In this document: positions 37,601 to 52,434 of the stretch, piece by piece
Layout: every line of letters begins with the position of its first letter
How positions within the stretch are numbered: the stretch's first letter is position 1
From: Octopus sinensis
Taxonomy: Eukaryota
Assembly (NCBI RefSeq): GCF_006345805.1
Contig: NC_043002.1
Location: 12,648,001 to 12,712,000, forward strand
Length of the DNA stretch: 64,000 nucleotides
Direction: 5' to 3'
Notes under the pieces: generated by a model
What the model was told of the DNA's origin: nothing
The model's input: the letters and a program-made list of their open reading frames with translations, nothing else
Databases searched by the model: none
Translations under genes and position numbers: made by a program

Positions 37601-37914
37601 GTATGTATATGTATGTTGTTTTATTTAATTTAAAATATATACACACTAATTATGCAACTATTTAACTATATTTATAGTAACAAATAATACTTAGGCCTAT
37701 TGTAGACGTGCTTATCTCAAGGCGTGTATATACATATATGCATATATATACGCATGCATACATTTATACACATGTGATATGTAAGAGTGTTAATGCATTA
37801 ACCAAGCTTAGCCTTCTTAACATGTGGTTCTTCTGAATATAGTAGCTCTTGGAGAAAGTTTGATTGTTTAGACACACATGTATATAGATATAGTTCTATA
37901 TCTAAAAGATTCCA

Positions 37915-38180
37915 CGGGCATACGGGGTAGTTGTTAAGACCTCGGGCTACTAACCCCAAGATACCGAGTTCGATTCCAAGCAGTGACCTGAACAACAATA
38001 ATAATAGTAATAATAATAATAACAACAGCATCGAAAGATACCATAGGAATGAGAACCCAGGTTCGAAATTTCCCCAAGACACTTGATGAAGGATGGAGGG
38101 TATATCAGCCGAAACGTTGTGTTAACAAAAAACAAGATGAGGACAAATATCCGTGGAATGTAAATAATGTAAATAATATA
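37915..38180 (+). mobile_element. tRNA-headed SINE with (TAA) linker and hammerhead-containing tail
   Basis: Head with A-box-like TAGTTGTTAAG, anticodon-like arm GGGCTACTAACCCC and GAGTTCGATTCC B box; tail hammerhead 38078-38123 with C3>T; paralog at ~53730-53995. Confidence 0.75.
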
Positions 38181-38964
38181 TATAAATGTCTTTGTAATTT
38201 GTTTTTTAAAACTTAACTATTGAAGGACCCTTCTATTTTATCCTTCTCACTTAAATTATCGAAATTGGAAAGTGAATACTTAATCATATTATTGTCTCAC
38301 TTTGCTATTGAAAAAAGAAAAAACATGAACGACCAATTCACATAAAGCTTTATTTATCTATTGTATTTCGGGACGGTCATTTTTTATTACTTGTTTTGGT
38401 AAATAAACACACGCACTATATATTCGTTCTTCACCTGTTTATTTCTGTTTTTATTCTAAGTCCATTGTCTGGAAATCATTCGTCACACATCTGTGACATC
38501 TTCAGTGAGAGTTAGAAGTAAACCTCAGTGGTAACGAAATGGTATGTACAGGTCTGTGGATGGCTTCTTGACAGTAATGTGAATTAAAATTATTTCATTA
38601 CCAGGTGTTCTTTTACTCGTTTCAGTCATTTGACTGCGGCCATGCTGGATCACCGCCTTTTTGTCGAAGAAATCGACCCCTGGACTTATTCCTTGTAAGC
38701 CTGGAGCTTATTCTATAATAGAATGAGATATCTTCTATCCATTTTCTCCGTAGGTGCAGGAGTGGCTGTGTGGTAAGTAGCTTGCTTATCAACCACATGG
38801 TTCTGGGTTCAGTCCCACTGCGTGGCACCTTGGACAAGTGACTTCTGATATAGCCTTGGGCCGACCAAAGCTTTGTGAGTGAATTTGGTAGACGGAAACT
38901 AAAAGGAGCCCGACGTATATACATACATATATACATACATAAACATATATATATATATATATAT

Positions 38965-39061
<97 letters not shown>

Positions 39062-39070
39062 TAGATAGAG

Positions 39071-39165
<95 letters not shown>

Positions 39166-39419
39166 TATTAATAATACATAAAAAGTGTGTTATTGTCTTG
39201 AAGATTTTTATGGTAGTTGAAAAGTCATTACCGTCTATTTCTAATTCAGTACGTGGCGAAGCAATTAGCTGAGCCCTGATTATAATTAAGTATATAATTA
39301 TAGAATATTTTGTATAATTTACGTAAAAAAGTCTTTTAGCGTTCTGACTACTTGTTAAAATTATTAATTATTATTTAATTAGTTAATCAATTTTACTCGC
39401 TCTCTCTCTATATATATAT

Positions 39420-40261
<842 letters not shown>

Positions 40262-40433
40262 TTAGAGACAAAACCATTATTTTGCAAATCAAACAAAGTC
40301 TTTCTTTGCTTGATTTGCAAAATAGTGGTTTTGTCTCCAATTAATATTATATAATATGTTACTATAAAATTGGATTCAATCCTAAATGTGATTTTTCCCT
40401 GTAAATTTGAATTTATTCCCTAATATTTATTAT

Positions 40434-40482
<49 letters not shown>

Positions 40483-43183
40483 TATATAAACTATCACTCC
40501 GTCGGTTGCGACGATCAGAGTTCCAGCTAATCCGAACGATGGCCTTATCGTGAAATTACCGTTGCTGAGCACTCCATAAACATGCATACACTTATCGTAG
40601 TTTCTTTGAATGAATATCTTAAAAGGAAACTCTCTAAGAAATCCCATCATATTCATACATACATAAATAAATATTTGTCTGTGCTAACTACATCCCCAAA
40701 GATGGAGCCTTGTATCTTTGCTGAAAACCGGCTCCCTCCTCAGTGGAAGATTTATAATCATTAGAAAATTGAAGATACACACATACACACACACGCACAC
40801 ACACACATACATAGACAGGTTTTTGCGTATTAACACAACCAATCATTTCATGTGGAAAGTATCTCCAGAATTTTTTCAGACAATCCTTTGAAAGTTGATA
40901 ATCGCCTTAGTTGTAATCTCCCTTGCATTGACCCTGGAATGTTGCAATAATTTGCGTTCGCTACAAATTAATAAATTCTTTAATTATCTTAAGCGTCCAA
41001 AATCTATGAAATCACCAAACTGATTATAAGCTCAAGCTCAGGTATCAAAACACACACACATACACACACACATGGTAATTAAGGAATTAGTAATTAATGG
41101 TGAACGCATATAATTATAAAACTCCATGGCCAGTGCAGAGGAGGTAAAAATTGCTATTGGTTAGCTCCCCTGATCTGTATATTTATTTCGAAATCCTGCG
41201 TAACCTTGCGTAGTTTCGTGTCTTCTGAAACGAAACGGACGTTATTACCAGTTTCATTATTTATCCATAAATAAATGATATTTATTCACCAATGCGGTGT
41301 TGAGTATTCATTTTCAGATTTCGATACTAACGTCTATATATATGTAAGTGTGTGTGTGTGTTTGTGTGGAGGTGCAATGGCCCAGTGGTTAAGGCAGTGG
41401 TCGTGAAATCGCGGTTTCGATTCCCAAACCGGGCATTGTCAGTGTTTATTGAGCGGAAGCACCTAAAGCTCCACGAGGTTCCAGTAGGGAGTGGTGGCGA
41501 ATCCTGCTGTACTCTTTCACCATAACTTTCTCTCACTCTTTCTTCGTGTTTCTGTTGTACTTGTATTTCAAAGGGTCAGCCTTGTCACACTGAATCTCCC
41601 CGAGAACTTCGTTCAGGACACACGTGACTGTGGAGTGCACTGCCATTTACACGTTAATTCCCCGAGCAGGCTGTTCCGTTGGTCGGATCAACTGGAACCC
41701 ATGTCGTAGTAACCGATGGAGTGCCACGACATGTGTGTGTTTGTTAGTTTGTTTGCACCTCCGTGAACTAGCGGTTCGGCTAAAAGACTAATAGGAAAAG
41801 CATCAAACTTAAGTCGATATTTTTGACGAAAATCTCTTGAAGGCGCTGACCCACTATAGTCGCAGCCCAATGACTGAAAGCAGTGTTATAGAACTTACCA
41901 GCTGTAATCAAAAAGTATCCAACATACTTTGCGCAAAAGATTTTTTAAAGTCAAATTTTAAAATAAATATTACTTGTTTTTTGGCCAAAGGTCGGATAAT
42001 TTTTGACTACACCTAGTATTTGTAAATTTATTGGAATTTATAAATATTATGCACTAAAATGTTTCAGAATTCAAAAATTAAAGAAATGGATGAAATTCAG
42101 TTTTGCAGTTTTAAAGAACTTTATTTTTCACAAACAAGCATTTCTAAAAGTTATTGTATTTCAAGTCGTACTGGTTACAGAGAACAGCCTTGCTATCATT
42201 GCTGATCTTGAAACGCAATTCTGAAATATACAAAATATGAATATATATACATAGATATAAAAAAGATATAAAAATGCTTTTAAAAATCTAGAAGTTAATC
42301 TTATCTTTCAAAAATAAATCCTTGTAGGTAAAAGACTTAAATTAGAAAATTGCGATCAAGTGTCTATAGTATTTGCATAATTTACTATTTTTCTTTAGCC
42401 CTGGGACACATCGGAACGCTTAATCAATTACCATGGCATATTACTGACGAAGATCACAACATTCCATATGAATGTGACTTTGGTCGATCACAGTATATAA
42501 GGCCAGCAATTGCCAATGACGATAGAAGCCGATACCAATAACACCACTTTATATTCATTTCTTTACTGCCCACAAAAGGCTATACACAGAGGAGACAGTC
42601 AAGGACAAAGAAACGGATTAAGTTTATTATATCGACCCCAGCGCGTAACTGGTACTTATGTAATCGACCACGGCGGAATTTGAACTCAGAACGTAACAGC
42701 AGACGAAATACGGCGACGCATTTCACCCGGCGTGCTAACGATTCTGCCAGCTCGCCGCCTTGCATAATCATTTCTACTACAGGAACAAGGCCTGCAATTT
42801 TGTGGAGGGAACTAGTAGATTGCGTGAACCCCAGTATTTCACTGGTACTTATTTTATCGACCTCGAAAGGATGAAAGCGTGATGTTATACTCGGCGGAAT
42901 TCGAACTCGAGTATAAACAGCCGGAACAAACACAGCTAAGCATTTTATCCGACGCTCTAAAGGGATTGATAACTCACCGTTTTAAACGGTTTCAAATTTT
43001 GAGACAAGGCGAATCATAGAGGAGTTAATGTTTGTACAATTTTCGTCCCTTCTATCAAAAACATTCTGACAGTTTTACTATTACTATGGCCGCTAGGACC
43101 CTAGATCTTTCTGTAATGCGATAATTTAGAAATAAACATGTCAAACGAAATATGATAAAATGAAATATAAAGAGGTTACTTAC

Positions 43184-43363
43184 ATTGGTTTTGACAATAT
43201 GGCGGAGGAATTTCGCTACATCTTTGAGTTTGGGGGTCAAAGTAAAGATTTAATTGACACGGCATGGAAGGGTATGAGGTACGCTTGAAACAGGGAATAT
43301 ACCTGTGGCAGTCACTAGGGTCACGGTTCATCCCGTCTGGGTATTGGTTACAGAGAGGATCAT
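43184..43363 (-). CDS. Chitin-binding protein gene C, exon 2
   Basis: Same acceptor and donor as B exon 2; one nt difference (CGT>CCT, R>P); 180 nt. Confidence 0.88.
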
Positions 43364-43957
43364 CTGAAGAGAAAATGTTTTAATAAATTTTAATGCAAGC
43401 GCGATAATTAATTTTGGTCATATCTTGATTTTTAGAAAATGTAGTCACAAGGACCATATATTATGAAATCGTATCAAATGATACAATATATACATCAGTT
43501 CACATATATACAAATGCAGATATATATTACTTCAGGTTTTCGTAGAGGAAAGACGCGTTGGCTTTTGCTCTGTGAAAAAAACAAGAAGATTTGCATAAAT
43601 CGACGAAATAATCTACTAAAACTAACAAAACGTAGAACTTGTTAACTCATAACGATCTACTAAAATACATTAATTAAAAATATATTAATTAAAAACGTAA
43701 TATATTTCGCTTGAAGCCAAATATAATACATTAAAGTTAGTTACGCATGCTAGATTCTTCGCCGAAAAAGCACGTGGTGGCAAGTCTTTAACTTATCTCC
43801 AACCAAATGTAAGAGGAAAAAGAATTGTTCTCTTTTCTGTTTTGAATGAAAACTTCTTCGTACAAGCACGAAGGTTTGGACTGTATATTTTACGATAAGT
43901 AACGTTTTCATATTTTTGTTTATTATTTTTTATTTTCCTTTAATGTAAGCTAACATC

Positions 43958-45168
43958 TCAGTTACGATTTACGACGCCATCTTTGTTTACATTCTGAGAA
44001 TAACTTTCTTTCAATTTCTGTTTCGCTTTCAATCTATCTTTCATTTTATCACTATAAAACTAATATTTAAAAATTCTTTTCATATGTTTATTTTAACGTA
44101 AGCTACGACTGAGCTAGAAATATAATCGTAATTTTATCGTAATTTCATTTTATCGTAATTTCATTCTATCTCTATAAAACTAATATTTAAAAATCCTTTT
44201 CATTTGTTTATTTTCCTGTAATTTAAGCTTACGACTGAGAAATATAAGAGCATAGACAATTGCTAGTGGTGATCCGCCGAACAACATCATCACTGCCGCG
44301 CTAAAGAACAATGGATTTCATAGAACCATTGAACAAATAGAGCGAAAGAAAGGTGAATTTATCCGGTCTTACATGCTTATAAGACCACACATCAAAACAT
44401 TGGATAACATAATTGAAAATTATTGTGGCAAGGCTGATGAGGATGAAGAGGACGAAAAAAGCGAAGGAAGCCGGAAGTCTCTGTGATCCAGGAGTTCCTC
44501 TGGAAAATGTATCACCTACCTCGGTGACCGACCGTGTAGTGAAGGATAGGGTAGCCAAGGGAGCAGAAACCGGAAGCCCCCCCTGTACCAGTGGTCCAAC
44601 AAAGAAATGAGAAATTAGAAATACAGAAGAAAAAAGGAAGGACCGAAAACAAAAATAAGGAGGGAAAGGGAAGAAAAGGAAAAACGACCAAAGCTGAAAC
44701 CCCGACCCACCACACAAACAGCAGAGAACCCCATGTGGGATCCAATGCCACCCAGTACACTTCAGGAAAGAAGAAAACTGGAAGGCACCGAAGAACCTGT
44801 AGATTCTACCTGCGGGGCAAATGTTGGCATGGGGAGGACGGCAAAAACTGCCCGTTCGCCCACCCGACAGCCCACCAGAACTTCAGGGGACTCAAAGAAA
44901 AAAGCTTTACTGAGGGAAGGCAAGAAATGTCTCCCAGGAAAACTTTCAAAAAAGAAGTGCGCTCCTCAGATGTTCTGCGCAACGCAGCAGCTGAGCAAGA
45001 GTCTTTTTTATGCATGGCACAAAGAATTGTCCAGTAGCTAACCTGGCTACACCAAGCACAGAGAAGGAACCCTGCCCACCACTATGCAAGACCACCACAG
45101 TCAACAGACAATGGATGGCCTCCAAAAACGCCTGCACAGGAATCACCCCAATACTTTCAATAATTATT
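43958..45168 (+). mobile_element. CR1-group LINE 5' part (ORF1), truncated by deletion in unit C
   Basis: Near-identical to 23248-24390, then joins directly to the Dong fragment. Confidence 0.85.
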
Positions 45169-45702
45169 GCACACACCAGAAAAGGTCACAGAAAACGAGA
45201 AAGCAACCATACTTTGGGATATGCCAATACACACAGATAGAGAAATTAAGGCCAACAGACCAGATATAGTTGTCAGAGATCACGATGAAAAAAATGCTTT
45301 CTAATTGTTGTGTCAATACCAGCAGATGACAACGTATCTCTAAAAGAAATGGAGAAGCTTTCAAAATACAAAGACCTGAAAATAGAGGTAACCAGAATGT
45401 GGAATCTAAAAACAGAAACAATACCTATAATAACAGGTGCATTAGGCATGATAAAAAATATAGCAAAAACACCAGGACTTACAAACACATATATATACAG
45501 AAAATTTCACTACTAGGCACTGCACACATCCAACGCAGAACACTTTCAATACAGTAACCATCAGAGCACCACAAATCACATCACATACCCAAGGCACACA
45601 GAGCTGCGCTCGGTAGTGAAGTGAAAGCACGCTACAAAAATAAAATTACTGAGTAATAATAATAATAGCAATAATGATAAGTATATAGATAAAGAAATTT
45701 AC

Positions 45703-45979
45703 CGAATCTTCCTCCATAAACTGGTCGGTCGCAGTCATCATATTGGCTGTTCCGCCACACACAGACTTGTTGAGATTGAGAAAACACAGTTCGAAAGCCA
45801 CATGCCATCGGTATGGGAAACATAGCATTACATAAGTAGAATTCACTGCAGTTATTTGGGGATCGGACAAAATGTGATCCGGCCCTAATTTGTGTCTGCT
45901 GACACAGAGTCATGATACTTTGACTGTAGACTGTTGACACTGCGATCAAGAGAATGGCGGCCACAAAACGGAACTCCAT
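45703..45979 (-). CDS. Chitin-binding protein gene C, coding exon 1
   Basis: Near-identical to gene B exon 1 (5 aa differences), donor G|GTAAAT, 277 nt. Confidence 0.9.
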
Positions 45980-46099
45980 TGTTGTAATTTTATCAATTAT
46001 AAAATCAAACGAGAGTTAAGACGAATGGCTTGCAAAAACGCTATCACAACAGAATAGTAATCTTCTGTAAATGTGACTCAGATCCCTTAGAGTGAGCGT

Positions 46100-46107
46100 C
46101 TTATATA
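46100..46107 (-). promoter_or_regulatory. TATA box of gene C
   Basis: TATATAAG at the position homologous to B. Confidence 0.6.
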
Positions 46108-46428
46108 GGCCTTAAATAGGGTTAGGGTGAGGTTTTGAATTAGAATTAAGTAGTAATTCAGGTTCTTTTTTAAAAATTGATCTAATATTTGGTCTTACTT
46201 CTTCAAGCTAACAAGCCTCCGCCCAACGACCGTATTAGGCAACTATTTTATTTGCGTTGTCATTGTTGTAGTTGTTGACGTTGTTGTTATTTTCCTTCTC
46301 CCCCTCCTCCTCCGCTTCCTCTCACCTTCAGATTAGTCATCAGTTATGTCAATGGTGATGAAGGAGATGGCCTTAGCGTTTTTTGGTAGTTATTATTATC
46401 TTACAATTGACACTACATACATATATGC

Positions 46429-46473
<45 letters not shown>

Positions 46474-46715
46474 CATAAATATATATATATATATAATTAT
46501 ACAAATATAAATGTATATATATACATATATATATTACTATATATATATATATATAACACAGATAAAACAGTTGCCTGTATTTATATACATATATGCTTAT
46601 ATATATGCATGTAAATATTTATATATATGTATATATATAAATATATGTATATAAATAAATAAATCTATGTAAATATATATATAGATATATATATAGATAT
46701 ATATATACACACATG

Positions 46716-46852
<137 letters not shown>

Positions 46853-47342
46853 ACATATACACATACACACGCACGTATAAAATAGACTTTAATTGAAATA
46901 CAGTTCCCCGAAATTAAACATATCTAATGTAATAAATGTTAATGTCAGTGTGTCACGCTTTTTCAACTTTAATAAATCTTTTCTACGGCAAGAACATGGA
47001 TTCAAATTTTTCGGAAAGGGATTAGGTTTATTCCATCAACCCCAGTGCGTAACTGGTACTTATTTAATCGACCCCTAAATGATGAACGACAAAGTTGACC
47101 TCGGTGGATTTCGAACGCAAAACCTAACGGCAGCCCGCTGGCTAAGCGAGCAGACCAACAGATGAAAGAGTGGGGGAACGAGTGGTGAAAGAGTACACCA
47201 AGTATCACCACCCCTACCGGAGCCTCGTGGAGCTTTTTATGTGTTTTCGCTCAATAAACACACACAACGCCCGGTCTGGGAATCGAAACCGCGAGCCTGC
47301 GACAGCGTGTCCGCTGCCCTAACCACTAGGCCTTTGCGCCTC

Positions 47343-47388
<46 letters not shown>

Positions 47389-47392
<4 letters not shown>

Positions 47393-50300
47393 AAAGTTGG
47401 TTTGTGAAAGCACGTGGTTGAATATATAGAAAATAGTAAAAAGTGAAAAAACTACAGTAGGCTTAAAGGTTAAAAAATATATATTTGAGTCAATATGTCA
47501 GAAGAATATTAAAAAAATTTTTCCTACAATGACATAATTTAGCAGAAAGACCGGTTTCACGTTTAGCTTTTCAAATTTCTTACGAACAACCTAAATCACT
47601 TAGAAAGATTCTCACAAAGGCAAAATTGTTTTCTAAAATTACGGATGCAAAAGTAAAGAAATGTGGTAGATCGAACTGTGCAATATGTCCAAACCTGCTA
47701 GAAGGATAAGAATTCCTCTTTAAAGAGGGACAGAAATTCAAGATCAAATCTAACTTTACTTGTGCCTCTGAAAACATAATTTATGTCATAAAATGCTCGG
47801 GCTGCCACCAAGACTACGTGGGATCCACGGGACTATCACTCAGACGTAGATGCACACTGCATCGACAACATATTGCATTCCCAGAATACAGAATGATACC
47901 TTTTAGTGAGCACATTGAGAAATGCGCAAAGCAACTACTACCACAATTTTTAATCTTTCCATTTTACCAATGTGCTATCGGATCATCAACACAAATTAGA
48001 CTAAACAAGGAAACATTCTTCATTGAAAATACATGCCCAGACTTAACCATGCCAACATACTGAAACAGAGAAATTCACACCAAGGGAAAGGAAAAAATTT
48101 TAAGCGATTATCTCCCTTACACCGGAAGAAATCACTCATTACTTCCCCTTATTTAGAACTCTTTTAAACATAAACATAACGATAACTCTGTTCAACATAA
48201 ACATAACGTCGTAAGACATTTGAAAAGCTAAACGCGGAACCGGTCTTTCTTCTAAATTATGTCATTGTAGGAAAACAAATTTTAATATTCTTGAGACATA
48301 TTGACTCAAATATATATTTTTTAACCTTTAAGCCTTCCGTAGTTTTTTCACTTTTTACTATTTTCTATATATTCAACCACGTGCTTTCTCAAACCATCTT
48401 TCTTATCGATATATTAAACACGTGAGACCTAAAATGACACAGAAGACCAACACCTCGGATAAAACTACAAATAAGGAAATACTCAAAGAACTGAAAAATA
48501 TTAATACACAGCTCATTACACTGAACAACAAAATCGAGCAATCAAACCTACTCGCCCGGGAAAGTAAAAGCAGTGAAGATACAACTCGCTACACTGACCA
48601 GGTTAGTAAGGATTTGCAACTGTTATACACAACACAAAATTCAATTTTCATCAACAAATCCGAAAATAAAAAACACACACCAAATGAAACACAGCAGGAC
48701 ATCATACGCACCCAAATTAACCCAGCAAAAAGAAAAATAGGAAGCATTTGGAATACAAACCTGCACAATAGAAAACTCGCCTTCTGGAACATGATAAAAA
48801 ATTCCAACAAAGCAGATATATACGAGGGATGGATGAACTCAACACCAATTATCCTCCCACGCAAATTCCAGATAAAATTAATTCCTAACGAGCCTGACGG
48901 ACAGAGAACTATTAGGAAAAAGTCAGCTCTGTTCAATTTAAGATCAGAAATAGAGCTTCTAAGACTAAGGGCCTCCTCAAATGAGGAAAAATTTAAAAGC
49001 ATCGACGAGGAGATGCACAATATAATACAAAAACATACCGAGGGACAACCCCTCGAAAATACATTAGATCATTGGAACGATACCTGTGAAAAAGAAGAGA
49101 GAAATTCTCTCCTGCGCTGGGAGAAAAACATCGATTGCTTCCAAAAATATAGTTCAACTTTCAAAAATGAATTGGGTAAAATAATCCCTTCCTTAAGAAA
49201 ATTACAAAAAATAAAAAAGAAAAACCAAACAACCCACGAACAACCCCCAACTATCCTCCATACACTAAAAACAGAAATCACCCACAACCAACCTTTGCAA
49301 ACCACGCAAGACCTAACAGGGAACTAGCTGACAGACGACGCCTCTATGAAATAAATTACACCAAAAACAGAACACACCAACAACATCCTAACACCAGACC
49401 CAACCACCATACAGCACAAAACGACACTAGAATAAGAAATACACCACACACAAGTCGCTACTACCCCATGAACCAAAATTACTGGCCCCCACTGAACACA
49501 AGACAAACGCAAAAAAACACTATGTCAAGCAACATCCCACATACAAGCAGTTCGAAACAAAAATATTTCACATACAGAAATTTTACACACACCACAAACA
49601 AAAACAACCATAGATTCCCCCACACACACAACGATCGGGGGCAACAATACCACCATTCCCCCGACCCAATATCACACAACCTCTCAGACAACTCATACAA
49701 ACAAAATTACACCCAACATTTTTTAGCCAGGGACCAGAGACTCCAGGACACAGGCTGGAACCTAGTAATAAGGAAATACCGAAGATAATCAATCTTTCAA
49801 CCAAACCTCTTTCTAACATAAAAATTGACATCCTCTCAAAAGGGCTCAAATTTACACCAACTCCACGCAGAGCCAACCTAAATGAAATCAAGGATAATAT
49901 AACAGAATTTCGCAGAAAATTAAGACTAGCAGAAGCATCAACCAGTTTCAATACTGAAGATGAATCACTAGTCAAGAACAAAAGTGAACACATCCCACAC
50001 AGAGGATGAAATAAAGATCTTGACGAAGTCTGTAACCACATTGAGAACTTTCCCTACCATACTATACATAAACAGAAAGTTAACTCAAATTTTAACACTA
50101 CACAATGGAAGGAACTGATAGAACTTCAAAATGATGAGGATATAACCATTAAGGAAGCAGACAAGGGAAATGCAGTTGTAATAATGGATACATCATACTA
50201 TAGAAATCTTGTAATCTCTTTACTTGATGACGACCTACATTATGAAAAAATTCCCAACTACACCCCACAAAAAATAATGAAAAATCTATCTTCACTAATT

Positions 50301-52332
50301 AAAACCCATGAAAAGGAACTAACAACCAAAGAGATTGAGTTTCTAACAAATTTTAAATGCAAACCTAGCCTTTTCTATGATCTGCCAAAAATTCATAAAA
50401 GCCAAATTATAAATGAAACCATTAAAAAATCACCAAAGATATACATACACCTAACCCGGGGGACCTAAAACTACGACCCATTGTAGCTGGCCCAACCTGT
50501 GAAACACACAGACTAAGTCTATTTATGGACATCCTCCTGAAACCCTTCCTTAAACATATCGATAGCCATATCAGAGATGACTTAGATATGTTAAAACACC
50601 TTCCAAAAAAAGCCAAGGAAGAAACAATCCTGGTTTCATTTGATGTAGTTAACTTATATACCAATATACCTCATAATTGTGGACTAGAGGCAATACAGTT
50701 CTGGCTGGACCAATTTCCGGAAGAAATACCAAAAAGGATCAGTAAAGAATTCATTACTAAATCAATTGAATTCATCCTACATAATAACCACTTCATGTTT
50801 GACAATACATTTTACCGTCAAAAATCCGGAATTGCTATGGGTACAAGAGCAGCACCAGTCATTGCGAACCTAACAATGGGCTACATGGAAATAATCATTT
50901 ACCAGGAATCTTTATCAATCTTTGGAAACCCCCTTTCTCAATACATAAAAGAGAATTGGAAACGATTCTTAGACGATTGTTTTATTCTCTGGAATGAAAA
51001 CACAGATAAACTCCTAAAATTTAAAAACCTATTGAACAGCATAAACCCAAATATACAGTTCACAATGGAATACAACCAAAAGGAGCTCCCGTTCTTGGAA
51101 ATACTAATTTTAAAAATTAACCTTAAAATAGAAACAGACATTTTTTACAAAGCCACAGACGCCAAACAATACCTTCTTTTAAATTCAAGCCACCCAAGAC
51201 ACACTAAAACAAACATCCCCTTCAACCTTGCAAGAAGGATATGCACAATGGTGACAGAACAAAATACCAGGAAATTTAGACTGCAAGAACTCAAAAACAC
51301 CCTAATTGACAGACATTACCCAGCTCAACTCATAGAGGATGGGATCAGACGTGCAACAGAAATCAACATAGAATCTTTAAGAAAAGTTCAACACAACAAC
51401 ACACCTTCCCCGAAAAATACTACCTTACATATCTACATACAACCGCAGAAACAAAGAAGCCTTCACCATCATCACCCAGAATTTACCAATACTTCATAAG
51501 GACCCCAAATTAAAGGAAATTCTAAACATACAACAAATCATTAAAAGCTACAAACAACCTAAATCGCTAAAAAAGATTCTCACAAAAGCAAAATTGTTTT
51601 CTGAAATTACGGATGCAAAAGTAAAAAAATGTGGTAGATCGAACTGGGCAACATGTCCAAATCTGCTAGAAGGATCAGAATTCCTCTTTAAAGAGGGACA
51701 GAAATTCAAGATCAAATCTAACTTTACTTGTGCCTCTGAAAACATAATTTATGTCATAAAATGCTCGGGCTGCCACAAAGACTACGTGGGATCCACGGGA
51801 CTATCACTCAGACGTAGATGCACACTGCATCGACAACAGATTGCATTCCCAGAATACAGAATGATACCATTCAGTGAGCACATTGAGAAATGCGCAAAGC
51901 AACTACTACCACAATTTCTAATCTTTCCATTTTACCAATGTGCTATCGGATCATCAACACAAATTAGACTAAACAAGGAAACATTCTTCATTGAAAAGTA
52001 CAAGCCCAGACTTAACCATGCCAACATACTGATACAGAGAAATTCACACCAAGGGAAAGGAAAAAAAAATTAAGCGATTATCTCCCTTACACCGGAAGAA
52101 ATCACTCATTACCTCCCCTTATTTAGAACTCTTTTAAACATAAACATAACGATAACTCTGTTCAACATATACATAACGTCATAAGAAATTTGAAAAGCTA
52201 AACGCGAAACCGGTCTTTCTTCTAAATTATGTCATTGTAGGAAAAAATTTTTTAATATTCTTCAGACATATTGACGCAAATATATTTTTTTAACCTTTAA
52301 GCCTTCTGTAGATTTTTCACTTTTTACTATTT

Positions 52333-52334
<2 letters not shown>
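47389..52334 (+). mobile_element. Penelope-like element, paralogous copy in duplication unit C
   Basis: Same architecture and shared early ORF termination (301-aa ORF at 48422-49327); RT ORF 50525-51499; GIY-YIG ORF 51594-52073. Confidence 0.9.
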
Positions 52335-52417
<83 letters not shown>

Positions 52418-52434
52418 TGTGTATGTATATGTAC

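Noticed and set aside
44436-44460. CTGATGA...GAAA hits at ~44436 and ~63598, and CTGATGA at ~2604 and ~7029
   Set aside because: No pairing stem II/stem I or no GAAA core; the first two lie within LINE ORF1 coding sequence
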